A stretch of DNA of 64,000 bases, taken from positions 455,807 to 519,806 of the forward strand of contig CAVOMG010000001.1 in the NCBI GenBank assembly GCA_963696985.1. The letters are read 5' to 3'. This DNA comes from an uncultured Thermoplasmata archaeon. GTDB taxonomy: Archaea; Thermoplasmatota; Thermoplasmata; Lutacidiplasmatales; UBA184. The position numbers were made by a program, and so were the translations under genes. Positions within the stretch are counted from its first letter, which is position 1, and every line of letters begins with the position of its first letter. The notes beneath the pieces are model-generated. The model did not search any database. It saw nothing but the letters and a program-made list of their open reading frames with translations, and was not told where the DNA came from. This document shows positions 24,801-32,344 of the stretch, piece after piece.

Positions 24801-25558
24801 GAGACCTGGAGGATCCCGTCCTTCTTCTTCTCGACGACGGTGAGCGACCGGTAGCCGCCCCGCTGGCTGAAGACCTTCGCGCTCTCGACCGGCGTCCCGT
24901 AGCGCTCGTTGAACTCGGCGAAGATCCGGTTCGGCGCGAGGTCCTCGAGGCTCATCATCACGCGCTCGGTCCCTCCGATGATCGCGTAGCCGCCCGGGTC
25001 GAGGGGGTCCTCGAGGTACTCGACGAGCTTCGCGCGGTACTCCTCGGGCGAGAGCGGGACGCCGCTGTCGCGCTCGATGTTCGCCTGGGCGAGGTTACAC
25101 TGCCGGCTCTTGACCATGATCGGGAGGTCGCCGATGTGGACCTCCTCGGGCGCGCGCTCGACGCCGTTCTCGACGACGGTGACGCGCAGGTAGATCGGGG
25201 CTTGGTAGGTGAGGTTGCGGAGGCGGGCCTCCATCGGGGTGAGCGTCGGCTTCGAACCGACCGGCTCCTTGACGAACGGCTGGCCGACGAAGATCGTCGG
25301 CTCCGCGGTCGATGAGACCTGCCCGGTCCGAGGGTCCCGCCGTCGGCCGACCCGCACGAAGATCGAGCTCTTGGTCTTCTGGACGTCGAGGCGGATGATC
25401 CCGCGCTCGCTCGAGTCCTCGCTGACCCGGGACTCGTCGACGATGCGTTGCATCCGGGAGTTCGGGTTGTCGTTCGTCGGCAGGAAGTCGTTGAAGCTCG
25501 CCAGATGATGGTTGACGATGGACCGCTCCCGGAAGAAGGCGTCGACGATCTCTCGCAT
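21884..25558 (-). CDS. rpoB: DNA-directed RNA polymerase subunit B (unsplit Rpo2)
   Basis: [48 protein letters not shown] and C-terminal Zn ribbon; 1224 aa. Confidence 0.98.
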   Translation of the reverse strand: MREIVDAFFRERSIVNHHLASFNDFLPTNDNPNSRMQRIVDESRVSEDSSERGIIRLDVQKTKSSIFVRVGRRRDPRTGQVSSTAEPTIFVGQPFVKEPVGSKPTLTPMEARLRNLTYQAPIYLRVTVVENGVERAPEEVHIGDLPIMVKSRQCNLAQANIERDSGVPLSPEEYRAKLVEYLEDPLDPGGYAIIGGTERVMMSLEDLAPNRIFAEFNERYGTPVESAKVFSQRGGYRSLTVVEKKKDGILQVSVPTASGQIPLAILMKALGMKNDEEIFQAVLGELLPLDEPFVQTMKHLLNVNLEECVSKKLYPPEGVLTTEDALLYLEKKFATGQAKEYRQRKVDGILDRSLLPHLGDTKGDRLKKALYLARMARTVLELHLKVRGEDDKDHYANKRLKLAGDLMEDLFRVAFTLLLKDLKYQLERSFARKKDLRIASAIRPDLLTQRLVHALATGNWVGGRAGVSQVLDRTSHMSAISHLRRVTSPLTRSQPHFEARDLHPTQWGRLCPNETPEGQNCGLVKNYALCVDVSEGADEEEVTLILRDLNTREIGPEVFQEGNQPRGKRAARVYVNGNLIGLHSAPVELVREIRDRRRSGTLSPSLGERTYEINVRYDGEMNEVIVHCDPGRLRRPLIVVKDGASRVTRADLDDLTQGTLSFSDLIHAGKVEWLDAEEEEDTLIAVDAFDQPERCPKCERALSRGDVRWISAGEKRDVAQLRCGRCGEEFPTKLRLEPKHTHLEIDANLMLGVCTGLIPYPEHNSTPRNTMGSGMAKQALGVESVNYRRRPDTRSHLLHYPQAPLLRTQTMRYVHFTERPAGQNFIVAVLSYEGYNMQDALVFSKAAIDRGLGRSSFFRTYRGEERKYPGGQEDKFEIPRPDVAGARVDTSYRNLGEDGLIFPELEVGEGDVLIGKTSPPRFLEEKTDLLTPQKRRETSVTVRFGESGWVDGVILTEGENISKLVKVKVRNQRVPELGDKFASRHGQKGVIGLIVPQENLPFTRDGVTPDLLINPHAIPSRMTVAHVLEMLGGKVGSLEGRTIDGTAFSGEREEALRESLKALGFHPSGRETLYDGMTGRRLEAEIFIGVIYYQKLHHMVAGKMHMRSRGPVQILTRQPTEGRSRQGGLRFGEMERDTLIGHGVAMVIKDRLLDESDGTVQYVCGNPECGHIAIPDTRAGSLRCPSCGNTSSIYPVEMSYSFKLLLEELISLGVIMRLQLEEMR

Positions 25559-25564
25559 GGAATA

Positions 25565-25900
25565 TCAGTCCCCGAAGCTCGAGACGAGCACTCGGTAGGC
25601 GACCGCCTCCCCGGCCGTAGCGCTCGGGCGCCGAATCCGGACGAGCCGCCCGACGATCGGCTCCTTGGCCTCGCGGGCCGCGAGGTACTTCGAATCGGTC
25701 TTGAGACCGGGGTCGCCCATCACGATCTTCGGGAGGCGCTCGATCGTCACGCCGAGCTTCTGGAGTGTTTCGAGCGTCTCGGCCTCGGAAAGGAGTTCGT
25801 GGGGGGGCACGAGCAAGTGGGCGATGAACGGGCGGGCGGCGCGGGCCGCGGCGGCCGCCTCGGCCTTCGCCTTCTTGGTGGGGACCTTGCGGGGACTCAT
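25565..25900 (-). CDS. rpoH: DNA-directed RNA polymerase subunit H (Rpo5)
   Basis: HLLVPPHELL, LPKI..GDP and VRIRRPSATAGEAVAYRVLV. ATG at 25900 is preceded by an AGGTG SD-like sequence. Confidence 0.93.
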   Translation of the reverse strand: MSPRKVPTKKAKAEAAAAARAARPFIAHLLVPPHELLSEAETLETLQKLGVTIERLPKIVMGDPGLKTDSKYLAAREAKEPIVGRLVRIRRPSATAGEAVAYRVLVSSFGD

Positions 25901-25935
25901 CGGAGCACCTGGGAAACCGAACGGGCCCGGGGGGA

Positions 25936-25970
25936 TGTCCGGGGAGCGCGCCCGGTCTGAGCGCCTCCCG
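25936..25970 (-). other. 35-nt tRNA intron at 59/60 (strict hBHBh')
   Basis: GGGGG-TTCG-AA^C-GGGAG...CTCCC-CGGA-CA^T-CCCCC: a 4-bp central helix with two 3-nt bulges. Confidence 0.92.
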
Positions 25971-26009
25971 TTCGAACCCCCGACCACCTGGTTAAAAGCC
26001 AGATGCTCT

Positions 26010-26040
26010 TTGTAGGGCCGACGGCGGAACCGATCGGCCG
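26010..26040 (-). other. 31-nt tRNA intron at 20/21 (relaxed BHB/BHL)
   Basis: GTAG-GT^C-GGCCGA...TCGGCC-CTAC-AA^A. The central helix is GTAG/CTAC; the outer side is an internal loop (AG opposite AAA) closed by the D-stem. Confidence 0.88.
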
Positions 26041-26120
26041 ACCTACCTGAGCTACGGGCCCGCCCCAGTTCCCGGGCGCTCCGACGAGTGCGCCGTATTT
26101 CAGGTTTCGCACGGAACGGC

Positions 26121-26429
26121 TCACTGGAGGCTCTCCAAGCGCGAGATGAGCGACCAGATCGCGGTCCGGCCGTGGGTCGGGAGGTTGGGATCGTTCGCGA
26201 GCTCGTCGAGGGCGTACACGGCGCTCGCGATGCGCACGTCCGCCGCTCGACCGCGCCGCTCGAGCTCCGCCTTCGCCGCGAGGGCCCCGCGGCGCACATT
26301 CTTCGGGACGCTCAGGTCCTCGGCGAGCTCCCCGAGGGAGGCCAGCATCGGCTCGAGGTCCTGGGCCGGCCCGCGCGCCGGCGGCGCGGCGCCGACCGGG
26401 GCCGAAGCGAGGGGGAGCTCTCCGCTCAT
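26121..26429 (-). CDS. UPF0147 family protein
   Basis: EDLSVPKNVRR, LDELANDPNLPTHGRTAIWSLISRLES. Confidence 0.9.
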   Translation of the reverse strand: MSGELPLASAPVGAAPPARGPAQDLEPMLASLGELAEDLSVPKNVRRGALAAKAELERRGRAADVRIASAVYALDELANDPNLPTHGRTAIWSLISRLESLQ

Positions 26430-26768
26430 GCCCGATGGGCCTCCCCGCCTTCCTTGTAGGCGGTCACGACGAGCAGGGTCTTCGATTCCCGGATCCCGCG
26501 CACGCCGGGGAGCCTTCGCAGGACGAACTCCTTGAGCTCGTCGGTACTGCGGGAACCGGACCTTGAGGAAGATGTCGGTGTCGCCCGTGACGAGGAAGAC
26601 GTCCTGGACCTCCGGGAAGCGGCTCACCTCGGAGGCCACGGTGTCGGCCTCGGAGGTCTCGACCTTGAGCGCGATCAGCGCGGTCACGGCGTCCTCGCCG
26701 TAGACCTTCGTGAACGCGCTCTCGACCGTCCGACTCACCGGCCCTTCCCCCGAATCCCCGTGGTCCAT
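26426..26768 (-). CDS. Lrp/AsnC ligand-binding (RAM) domain protein without HTH; frameshift ~26545
   Basis: VFLVTGDTDIFLKV; the repaired C-terminus is DELKEFVLRRLPGVRGIRESKTLLVV. Its stop overlaps the UPF0147 ATG. Confidence 0.85.
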
Positions 26769-26832
26769 CGACTAACTCCGACGACGTGCGTTCCCTCTGA
26801 CTGCCATAGCAATGCCCCTCGATCGAGCGGTT

Positions 26833-27006
26833 CTAGCTCGCGGGGGCCGACTCGAACTCCTCTTGGAGGTCGTTGATCACCTGGTCAATGACGATCGAGG
26901 AGGTGGTCCCCCGGTACTCCCGGACGCCGCCCGCCTCGCTAGATACGCGGGCGACGATCTCGGCGGTACCGCGGAGAAACTCCACGCTGCAAATGAGCTC
27001 TTCCAT
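26833..27006 (-). CDS. Small acidic hypothetical protein (57 aa), missed by the ORF track
   Basis: MEELICSVEFLRGTAEIVARVSSEAGGVREYRGTTSSIVIDQVINDLQEEFESAPAS*; fills the intergenic gap, with an AT-rich TATA-like element near 27050-27067. Confidence 0.7.
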   Translation of the reverse strand: MEELICSVEFLRGTAEIVARVSSEAGGVREYRGTTSSIVIDQVINDLQEEFESAPAS

Positions 27007-27169
27007 GATGGCTCGGCCCCCACCGCGCCGCGGGGTCCGAAAAAGGTCACCTATTTATGGTTTATTGAGCGATGGGCCCGCGCTCCACCTTTCGACCCAA
27101 GCTAGGGCGCTCGAGACCAGTCGCGGCCCCTCCCCACGCCAAATACACGAGGTCCTTCGGGCCGGCCCG

Positions 27170-28018
27170 ATGGTCCGGACCTCGGGTTTCGCTTCGGTGG
27201 AGGGCGTCCGGATCTACTACGAGCGGGAAGGCTCGGGGAACCCGATCGTCTGGCTCCACGGCGGATTCCTCGACGGCCGCATGTGGGAACCCCAGTTCAC
27301 GCGGTTCTCCCAACGCTATGACCTCCTGCGGTACGACCAGCGCGGCTTCGGCCGCTCCGACCCGCCGACCCAAGACTACACGGAATCCTTCGACCTGAGG
27401 CACGTCCTCGACGGGGTCGGCATCCAAAGCGCCTACCTCGTCGGACTCGCGATGGGAGCGAGGGTCGCCCTCGATTTCGCGGCGTCGATGCCCACCCGGG
27501 TCGACGGCCTGGTGGCGATCGCCCCGACCCTCGAGGGATACGTCCCCTCAACGCCCGAAGAGGAGGCGTGGTGGAACGAGCTCGACGAGCGGGAGGAGGC
27601 GATCGAGGCGCTCGCCCAGCGGGACGGACCCGAGCGGGCGATCGAGGCGAAGATCGACGCCTGGGCGCCGAACGCCGATCCGAAGACCCGGTCCGAACTG
27701 ATCGCGATCGCCCTCGAGAACCAGCCGCGGGCGCTCGGGGAGCGGAACGTCTTCCGGCAGAAGGTCGTGCCGAGCACGATCGAGCGGCTCGGGGCGATCC
27801 GGTGCCCGACGCTCCTGCTCACCGGCGAGCGGGACTTCCCGGGGTTCGAGTCGGTGGCCCGGTTGCTCCTGGACCGGCTCCCCCTCGCCCAACAGTCGGT
27901 GCTCGCGGGGGCGGACCACCTCGCCAACGTCACCCAACCGGAGGCGTTCAACGAGCTCCTCGAGGGGTTCTTCGCCCGGCTCGATTTCATCGCCATGCAG
28001 CGCGGCTCGACCTGGTAG
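27170..28018 (+). CDS. Alpha/beta fold hydrolase with Ala at the nucleophile position
   Basis: WLHGGF, RYDQRGFGRS, LVGLAMGA (elbow), LTGERD and ADHLAN. Confidence 0.85.
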   Translation: MVRTSGFASVEGVRIYYEREGSGNPIVWLHGGFLDGRMWEPQFTRFSQRYDLLRYDQRGFGRSDPPTQDYTESFDLRHVLDGVGIQSAYLVGLAMGARVALDFAASMPTRVDGLVAIAPTLEGYVPSTPEEEAWWNELDEREEAIEALAQRDGPERAIEAKIDAWAPNADPKTRSELIAIALENQPRALGERNVFRQKVVPSTIERLGAIRCPTLLLTGERDFPGFESVARLLLDRLPLAQQSVLAGADHLANVTQPEAFNELLEGFFARLDFIAMQRGSTW

Positions 28019-28130
28019 GTCGGTACTTCCGTCCACGGTTGGCCCCGGGCCCGACGGCGCGACGTGAACGCGCTCCCGCTCGGGCCACCGTTAATAACTC
28101 GACTCCGTTCGACGGCCCGAGCGAGGTTCT

Positions 28131-28397
28131 GTGGTCCCCCCGACCGGTTCCACCACCATCGAGGTCCGCGTCGAGCTCAAGCCCGGGGTCTTCGATGCCG
28201 AGGGGGACGGGGTGCTCAAGGCGCTCCGGCTCCTGGGGATCGACCATCTGAGCGAGGTCGGCACCGCCCGGATCTTCCGGCTCCAGTTCGACGGGATCGA
28301 GCCCGCCCAAGCCGAGCGGCTGGCGGCCCGGGCGGTCGACCGGCTGCTCGCGAATCCGGTCGTCCACCGGGTGCTCGTCAGCGCTCCCACGGCCTGA
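28131..28397 (+). CDS. purS: FGAM synthase subunit PurS
   Basis: VELKPGVFDAEG and LLANPVV. Confidence 0.93.
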   Translation: MVPPTGSTTIEVRVELKPGVFDAEGDGVLKALRLLGIDHLSEVGTARIFRLQFDGIEPAQAERLAARAVDRLLANPVVHRVLVSAPTA

Positions 28398-28401
28398 TCC
28401 C

Positions 28402-30735
28402 ATGCCGGGACGCGCGGGCGGCTCCGGCGAGCGGTGGGCTCCGCAGATCGGGACCGTGCCGATCCTGGGGACCCGCGACCTCTCGAAGCTCTCGGAGGAG
28501 CGTGGGCTCGGCTTTTCGCCGACCGAGCTAGCACGGCTGAGGGCCCACTTCCGCCGCGTCGGTCGGGACCCGACCGACGTCGAGCTCGCCGGCCTCTCCC
28601 AGAGTTGGAGCGAGCACTGCAGCTACAAGAGCTCGAAGCACTGGCTACGACGGGGATTCAAGGGACTCGCACCGCGGCCTCGGGTCCTCGGGACCGGCGA
28701 CGCCGGGGTGATGGCGTTCGAGCCGGGGTTCGCCTACGCGCTGCGGATCGAATCCCACAATCACCCCTCCGCCGTGGAACCGTATGGCGGGGCCGCCACC
28801 GGGATCGGGGGGATCCTCCGGGACATCCTGGCGGTGGGGGCGAAGCCGATCGCCCTCGCCGACCCCCTGTACTTCGGCCCGCTCTCCACGCCCATGGCCC
28901 GGCTTCCGAAAGGGGTCCACAGTCCCCGGTACCTGCTCGACCAGGTCGTGGCGGGGATCCGGGACTACGGGAACCGGGTCGGTGTTCCGACGGTGGCCGG
29001 CTCGATCGGCTTCGATCCCGCCTTCACGGTGAACCCGCTCGTCAACGTCGGATGCCTCGGTTTCCTGCCGACGGCCCGGCTCCGCCCGAACCGGGCCGAA
29101 CGGGCCGGGAACCGCGCCGTCCTCGTCGGCGGACTCACCGGTCGTGACGGGATCGGAGGGGTCGCGTTCGCCTCGCGCGAGCTCAGCGAGTCGAGCGCCC
29201 GGTCGGAGCGGAGCCACGTCCAGCTCGGCAACCCGATCATGAAGGAGCCGCTCATCCACGCGTGCCTCGAGGCCTACGACCGGGGCCTCGTCCGGGGGGT
29301 GAAGGACCTCGGGGGAGGGGGCCTCGCCACGGCCTTCGGCGAGCTCGCGCATGCCGGGCGTCTCGGACTGATCGCGCACCTCGACCGGGTCCCGCTCCGC
29401 GAGGCCGACCTGCGGCCGTGGGAGATCTGGATCTCCGAATCCCAGGAACGGATGCTCCTCGAGGTGCGGCCGAACGACCTTCGTCCGGTCCTCGAGATCT
29501 TCCGACGGTTCGATGTCCCCGCGACCGAGGTCGGCCAGTTCGTCCGGGGCGGAAGGGAGCGGCTCTTCTACGGGGGCCGGCCGGTGGGCGATCTCGAGCT
29601 CGCCTTCCGGGTCGATCCTCCGCTCCTCGTGCGCCGCCGCCGAAAGCGGTCGGCCCCGCGTGGCCGCGGGCCGCGGGTGCCGGACGACCACCTCGCCGAG
29701 CTCCTCGAGTCCCAGCTCCTCAACGATGACGGGCGCTCCCGGGAGTCGATCATCCGGGTCTACGACCACGAGGTCCAGGGCCGGACCGTGATCAAACCGC
29801 TCCAGGGCCGTCCGATCTCCCCGTCGCACGGTGATGCCGCGGTGCTCCGGCCCCGCCCGCAGAGTCCGAGGGCGATCGCGGTAGCGGTGGCGAGCCAACC
29901 GTGGGCGTGCCGCCTCGACCCCGGCGCCGGAGCCGTGTGGACGGTGGAGGAGGCCGCCCGTAACCTCTACGCGGTCGGCGCGCGGCCGGATGCCCTCACC
30001 GACTGCCTGAACTTCGGCAACCCCGAGGACCCGAAGGTGCTCGGCGATTTCGTCGAGTGTGTGGACGGACTGGCCCGGGCCGCCCGGATCCTCGGGTTCG
30101 CCGTGCCGAGCGGCAACGTGAGCTTCTACAACGGGGGCCAGGGCGAAGGGATTCCTCCGACGCCGATCCTGCTCGCCACCGGGATCCTGGCCGACTACCG
30201 CTCCGCGATCACCTCCGACCTCAAGGAGGCCGGGGACCCGATCTTCCTCGTCGGACCGAGCGCCCCCGAGCTGGGCGGCTCCCTCTACGAGCGATACGGG
30301 GGCCGACCGATGGGCCGGCTCCCCCCGACCGACCCTGCCGGTCTCCGCGACCGAGGGCAAGCGCTCGTGACGGCAGGCGAACTCGGCCATGTCCGCGCGG
30401 CGCACGATATCTCCGACGGCGGCCTCGGCGTCGCCCTCTTCGAGATGGCGGCCGGCGGGGGCCTTGGGTTCTCCGTCGATCTCGCCCGAACCGGGCTTGC
30501 GGGCCCGGGTTCCGCGCTCGTCGCTGAAGGTTCGTCCCGATGGCTCGTCGAGGTCCGCGCGGGCTCGGCGCGGGCCTTCGAGCGCGCGTTCCGGGGGCGA
30601 CCGATCGTCCGGCTCGGGGAGGTCCGCGAGGGTCGAGGTCGCTTCGGCTGGAAGGAGAAAGAGGTCGGCCGGATCGACCTCGAGGGACTTTACGATCGGT
30701 GGCGCTCGGGCCTCGACGGATCGGGCGCCCCATGA
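28402..30735 (+). CDS. purL: FGAM synthase subunit PurL
   Basis: SWSEHCSYKS, ESHNHPS, DLGGGG, SESQERM, LNFGNPE and SGNVSFYN. Confidence 0.97.
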   Translation: MPGRAGGSGERWAPQIGTVPILGTRDLSKLSEERGLGFSPTELARLRAHFRRVGRDPTDVELAGLSQSWSEHCSYKSSKHWLRRGFKGLAPRPRVLGTGDAGVMAFEPGFAYALRIESHNHPSAVEPYGGAATGIGGILRDILAVGAKPIALADPLYFGPLSTPMARLPKGVHSPRYLLDQVVAGIRDYGNRVGVPTVAGSIGFDPAFTVNPLVNVGCLGFLPTARLRPNRAERAGNRAVLVGGLTGRDGIGGVAFASRELSESSARSERSHVQLGNPIMKEPLIHACLEAYDRGLVRGVKDLGGGGLATAFGELAHAGRLGLIAHLDRVPLREADLRPWEIWISESQERMLLEVRPNDLRPVLEIFRRFDVPATEVGQFVRGGRERLFYGGRPVGDLELAFRVDPPLLVRRRRKRSAPRGRGPRVPDDHLAELLESQLLNDDGRSRESIIRVYDHEVQGRTVIKPLQGRPISPSHGDAAVLRPRPQSPRAIAVAVASQPWACRLDPGAGAVWTVEEAARNLYAVGARPDALTDCLNFGNPEDPKVLGDFVECVDGLARAARILGFAVPSGNVSFYNGGQGEGIPPTPILLATGILADYRSAITSDLKEAGDPIFLVGPSAPELGGSLYERYGGRPMGRLPPTDPAGLRDRGQALVTAGELGHVRAAHDISDGGLGVALFEMAAGGGLGFSVDLARTGLAGPGSALVAEGSSRWLVEVRAGSARAFERAFRGRPIVRLGEVREGRGRFGWKEKEVGRIDLEGLYDRWRSGLDGSGAP

Positions 30736-31424
30736 CGAGTGCCCTGGTTTCCGGCGGGAAGGATTCGATCTACTCGGCCTCGCTCGCGGACGCCCAGGGA
30801 TGGACCGTCGACGAGCTCGTGGTGCTCGTCCCGCAGGACGTCGACTCCTACCTCTACCATACCCCGAACCTTTCGCTCGTCGCCCTCCAGGCGGAGGCGT
30901 GGGGGAAGCCGCTTCGCACCGTCCCGATCTCGGGGACCGGCGAATCGACCGAGACGGAGGCGTTGGAATCGGCCCTTACGGCCGGGAGCGGGCCGGTCGT
31001 GGCCGGAGCGATCGCCTCCGCCTATCAATGGAGCCGACTCCACCGGGTCACGGCCCGTCTCGGGCGGCCGCTCTACACCCCGCTGTGGGGGAAGGACCCC
31101 GGCCGGGTGGTGCGCTCGGAGATGGAGGCCGGTCTCGACATCCGTCTCGTCCAAGTCGCGGCGGAGCCGCTCTCGGCGGAGCTCCTGGGACGCCGCCTGG
31201 ATCTAAAGCTCCTCGAAGAGATCGAGTCGACCGGCGCTCGCCGGTCGGTCCATCCAGCGGGAGAAGGGGGGGAGTACGAGAGCCTCGTCGTGGACGCCCC
31301 CTTCTGGGACCATCGGATCGTGATCGAAAAGCAACGGATCGTCCACCGCGGCCTCGCGGCTCGGCTCGACATCGGGGCCGCCCACCTAAGCCCCAAGGGA
31401 CCCCGACCATCGATCGGGGCGTGA
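30732..31424 (+). CDS. dph6: Diphthine-ammonia ligase-like PP-loop ATPase
   Basis: SGGKDS, VAGAIASAYQ, PLWG and PAGEGGEYESLVVDAP. Confidence 0.9.
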   Translation: MTSALVSGGKDSIYSASLADAQGWTVDELVVLVPQDVDSYLYHTPNLSLVALQAEAWGKPLRTVPISGTGESTETEALESALTAGSGPVVAGAIASAYQWSRLHRVTARLGRPLYTPLWGKDPGRVVRSEMEAGLDIRLVQVAAEPLSAELLGRRLDLKLLEEIESTGARRSVHPAGEGGEYESLVVDAPFWDHRIVIEKQRIVHRGLAARLDIGAAHLSPKGPRPSIGA

Positions 31425-31456
31425 ACAATAGATATCTCCCGGGCCTCTCGAGCGGC

Positions 31457-32320
31457 ATGGGCCCCCCCGAGCGTTCGCCCCCTTCGGTCGACGCTCTCCT
31501 GAAGGCGGTCGGCGACGATCGGGCCCGCCCGGATCTCGTCTGGGTGAGCCGACTCACGGGGTGCGAACCCGCCCAAGTGCAGGCGAAGGTGGAGGAGCTC
31601 GGGCGGCACCTCGACGACCTCTCGTCGATGCATGCCGCTCAGCTCGACGGGGGTCGGGAGTTCTATGCACAGATCTGCGCCCCGTTCGAGCTCTACGCCC
31701 TCACCCGGCTCCTCCGGCCCACCCACATCGTCGAGACCGGGGTCTCCTCCGGGGTCTCCTCGACCCACTTCCTGCTCGGCTTGCTCGACAACGGTTCGGG
31801 GACCCTCCACTCGATCGACCTGCCGACCGTCCAGGCCGGGCCGGTGTTGGCGCGGGGGGAGTCCCCTGTGAGCCTGCCGCCCGACCGCTCGACCGGATGG
31901 GCGGTGCCTCCCGAGCTTACGCTCGGCTGGGACCTGCGGATCGGGCCGAGCCAAGAGCTCCTCCCCAGCCTCGTCGAGTCGGTCCCGGCGATCGATCTCT
32001 TCCTCCACGACGACCTCCATACCCCGACGCACCTCACGTTCGAGCTCGAGTCGATCCGACCGAAGCTGCGACCCGGTTCGGTGGTCCTCGCGGACAACAC
32101 GAAGTGGACCGGCAAGGCGTTCGACCGATTCGCCCGCTCGATCGATGCCGAGGTCGTCCGACGTCGCGACACGGATCTCGTCGGCCTCCGGGTGCCGGAG
32201 TACGGGGCGATCCCATCTTCGAAACCCCACGCGCGCCGCCGGCCAGCCCCTCGGCGACCGCCCCCTCGGCGGGCGGCCCCGAAAGCAAAGCGGCCCGTTC
32301 GCCGCCCGAGGGACTTTTAA
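31457..32320 (+). CDS. Class I SAM-dependent methyltransferase (Methyltransf_24-like) with a basic C-terminal tail
   Basis: IVETGVSSGVSS, LHSIDLP, IDLFLHDDLH and VVLADN. Confidence 0.85.
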   Translation: MGPPERSPPSVDALLKAVGDDRARPDLVWVSRLTGCEPAQVQAKVEELGRHLDDLSSMHAAQLDGGREFYAQICAPFELYALTRLLRPTHIVETGVSSGVSSTHFLLGLLDNGSGTLHSIDLPTVQAGPVLARGESPVSLPPDRSTGWAVPPELTLGWDLRIGPSQELLPSLVESVPAIDLFLHDDLHTPTHLTFELESIRPKLRPGSVVLADNTKWTGKAFDRFARSIDAEVVRRRDTDLVGLRVPEYGAIPSSKPHARRRPAPRRPPPRRAAPKAKRPVRRPRDF

Positions 32321-32344
32321 CGGGGGGCACGTTCGGTACCGACG

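Larger units (their letters stand above)
25922..26061 (-). tRNA. tRNA-Lys(UUU) with two introns (20/21 and 59/60)
   Basis: Removing 26010-26040 and 25936-25970 gives a 74-nt cloverleaf: GGGCCCG TA GCTC AGGTAGGTA GAGC A TCTGG CTTTTAA CCAGG TGGTC GGGGG TTCGAAT CCCCC CGGGCCC G. Confidence 0.95.

Noticed and set aside
25565-26299. 244-aa N-terminally extended RpoH in the ORF track
   Set aside because: The extension reads through tRNA-Lys; the real start is the ATG at 25900 with an SD-like sequence.
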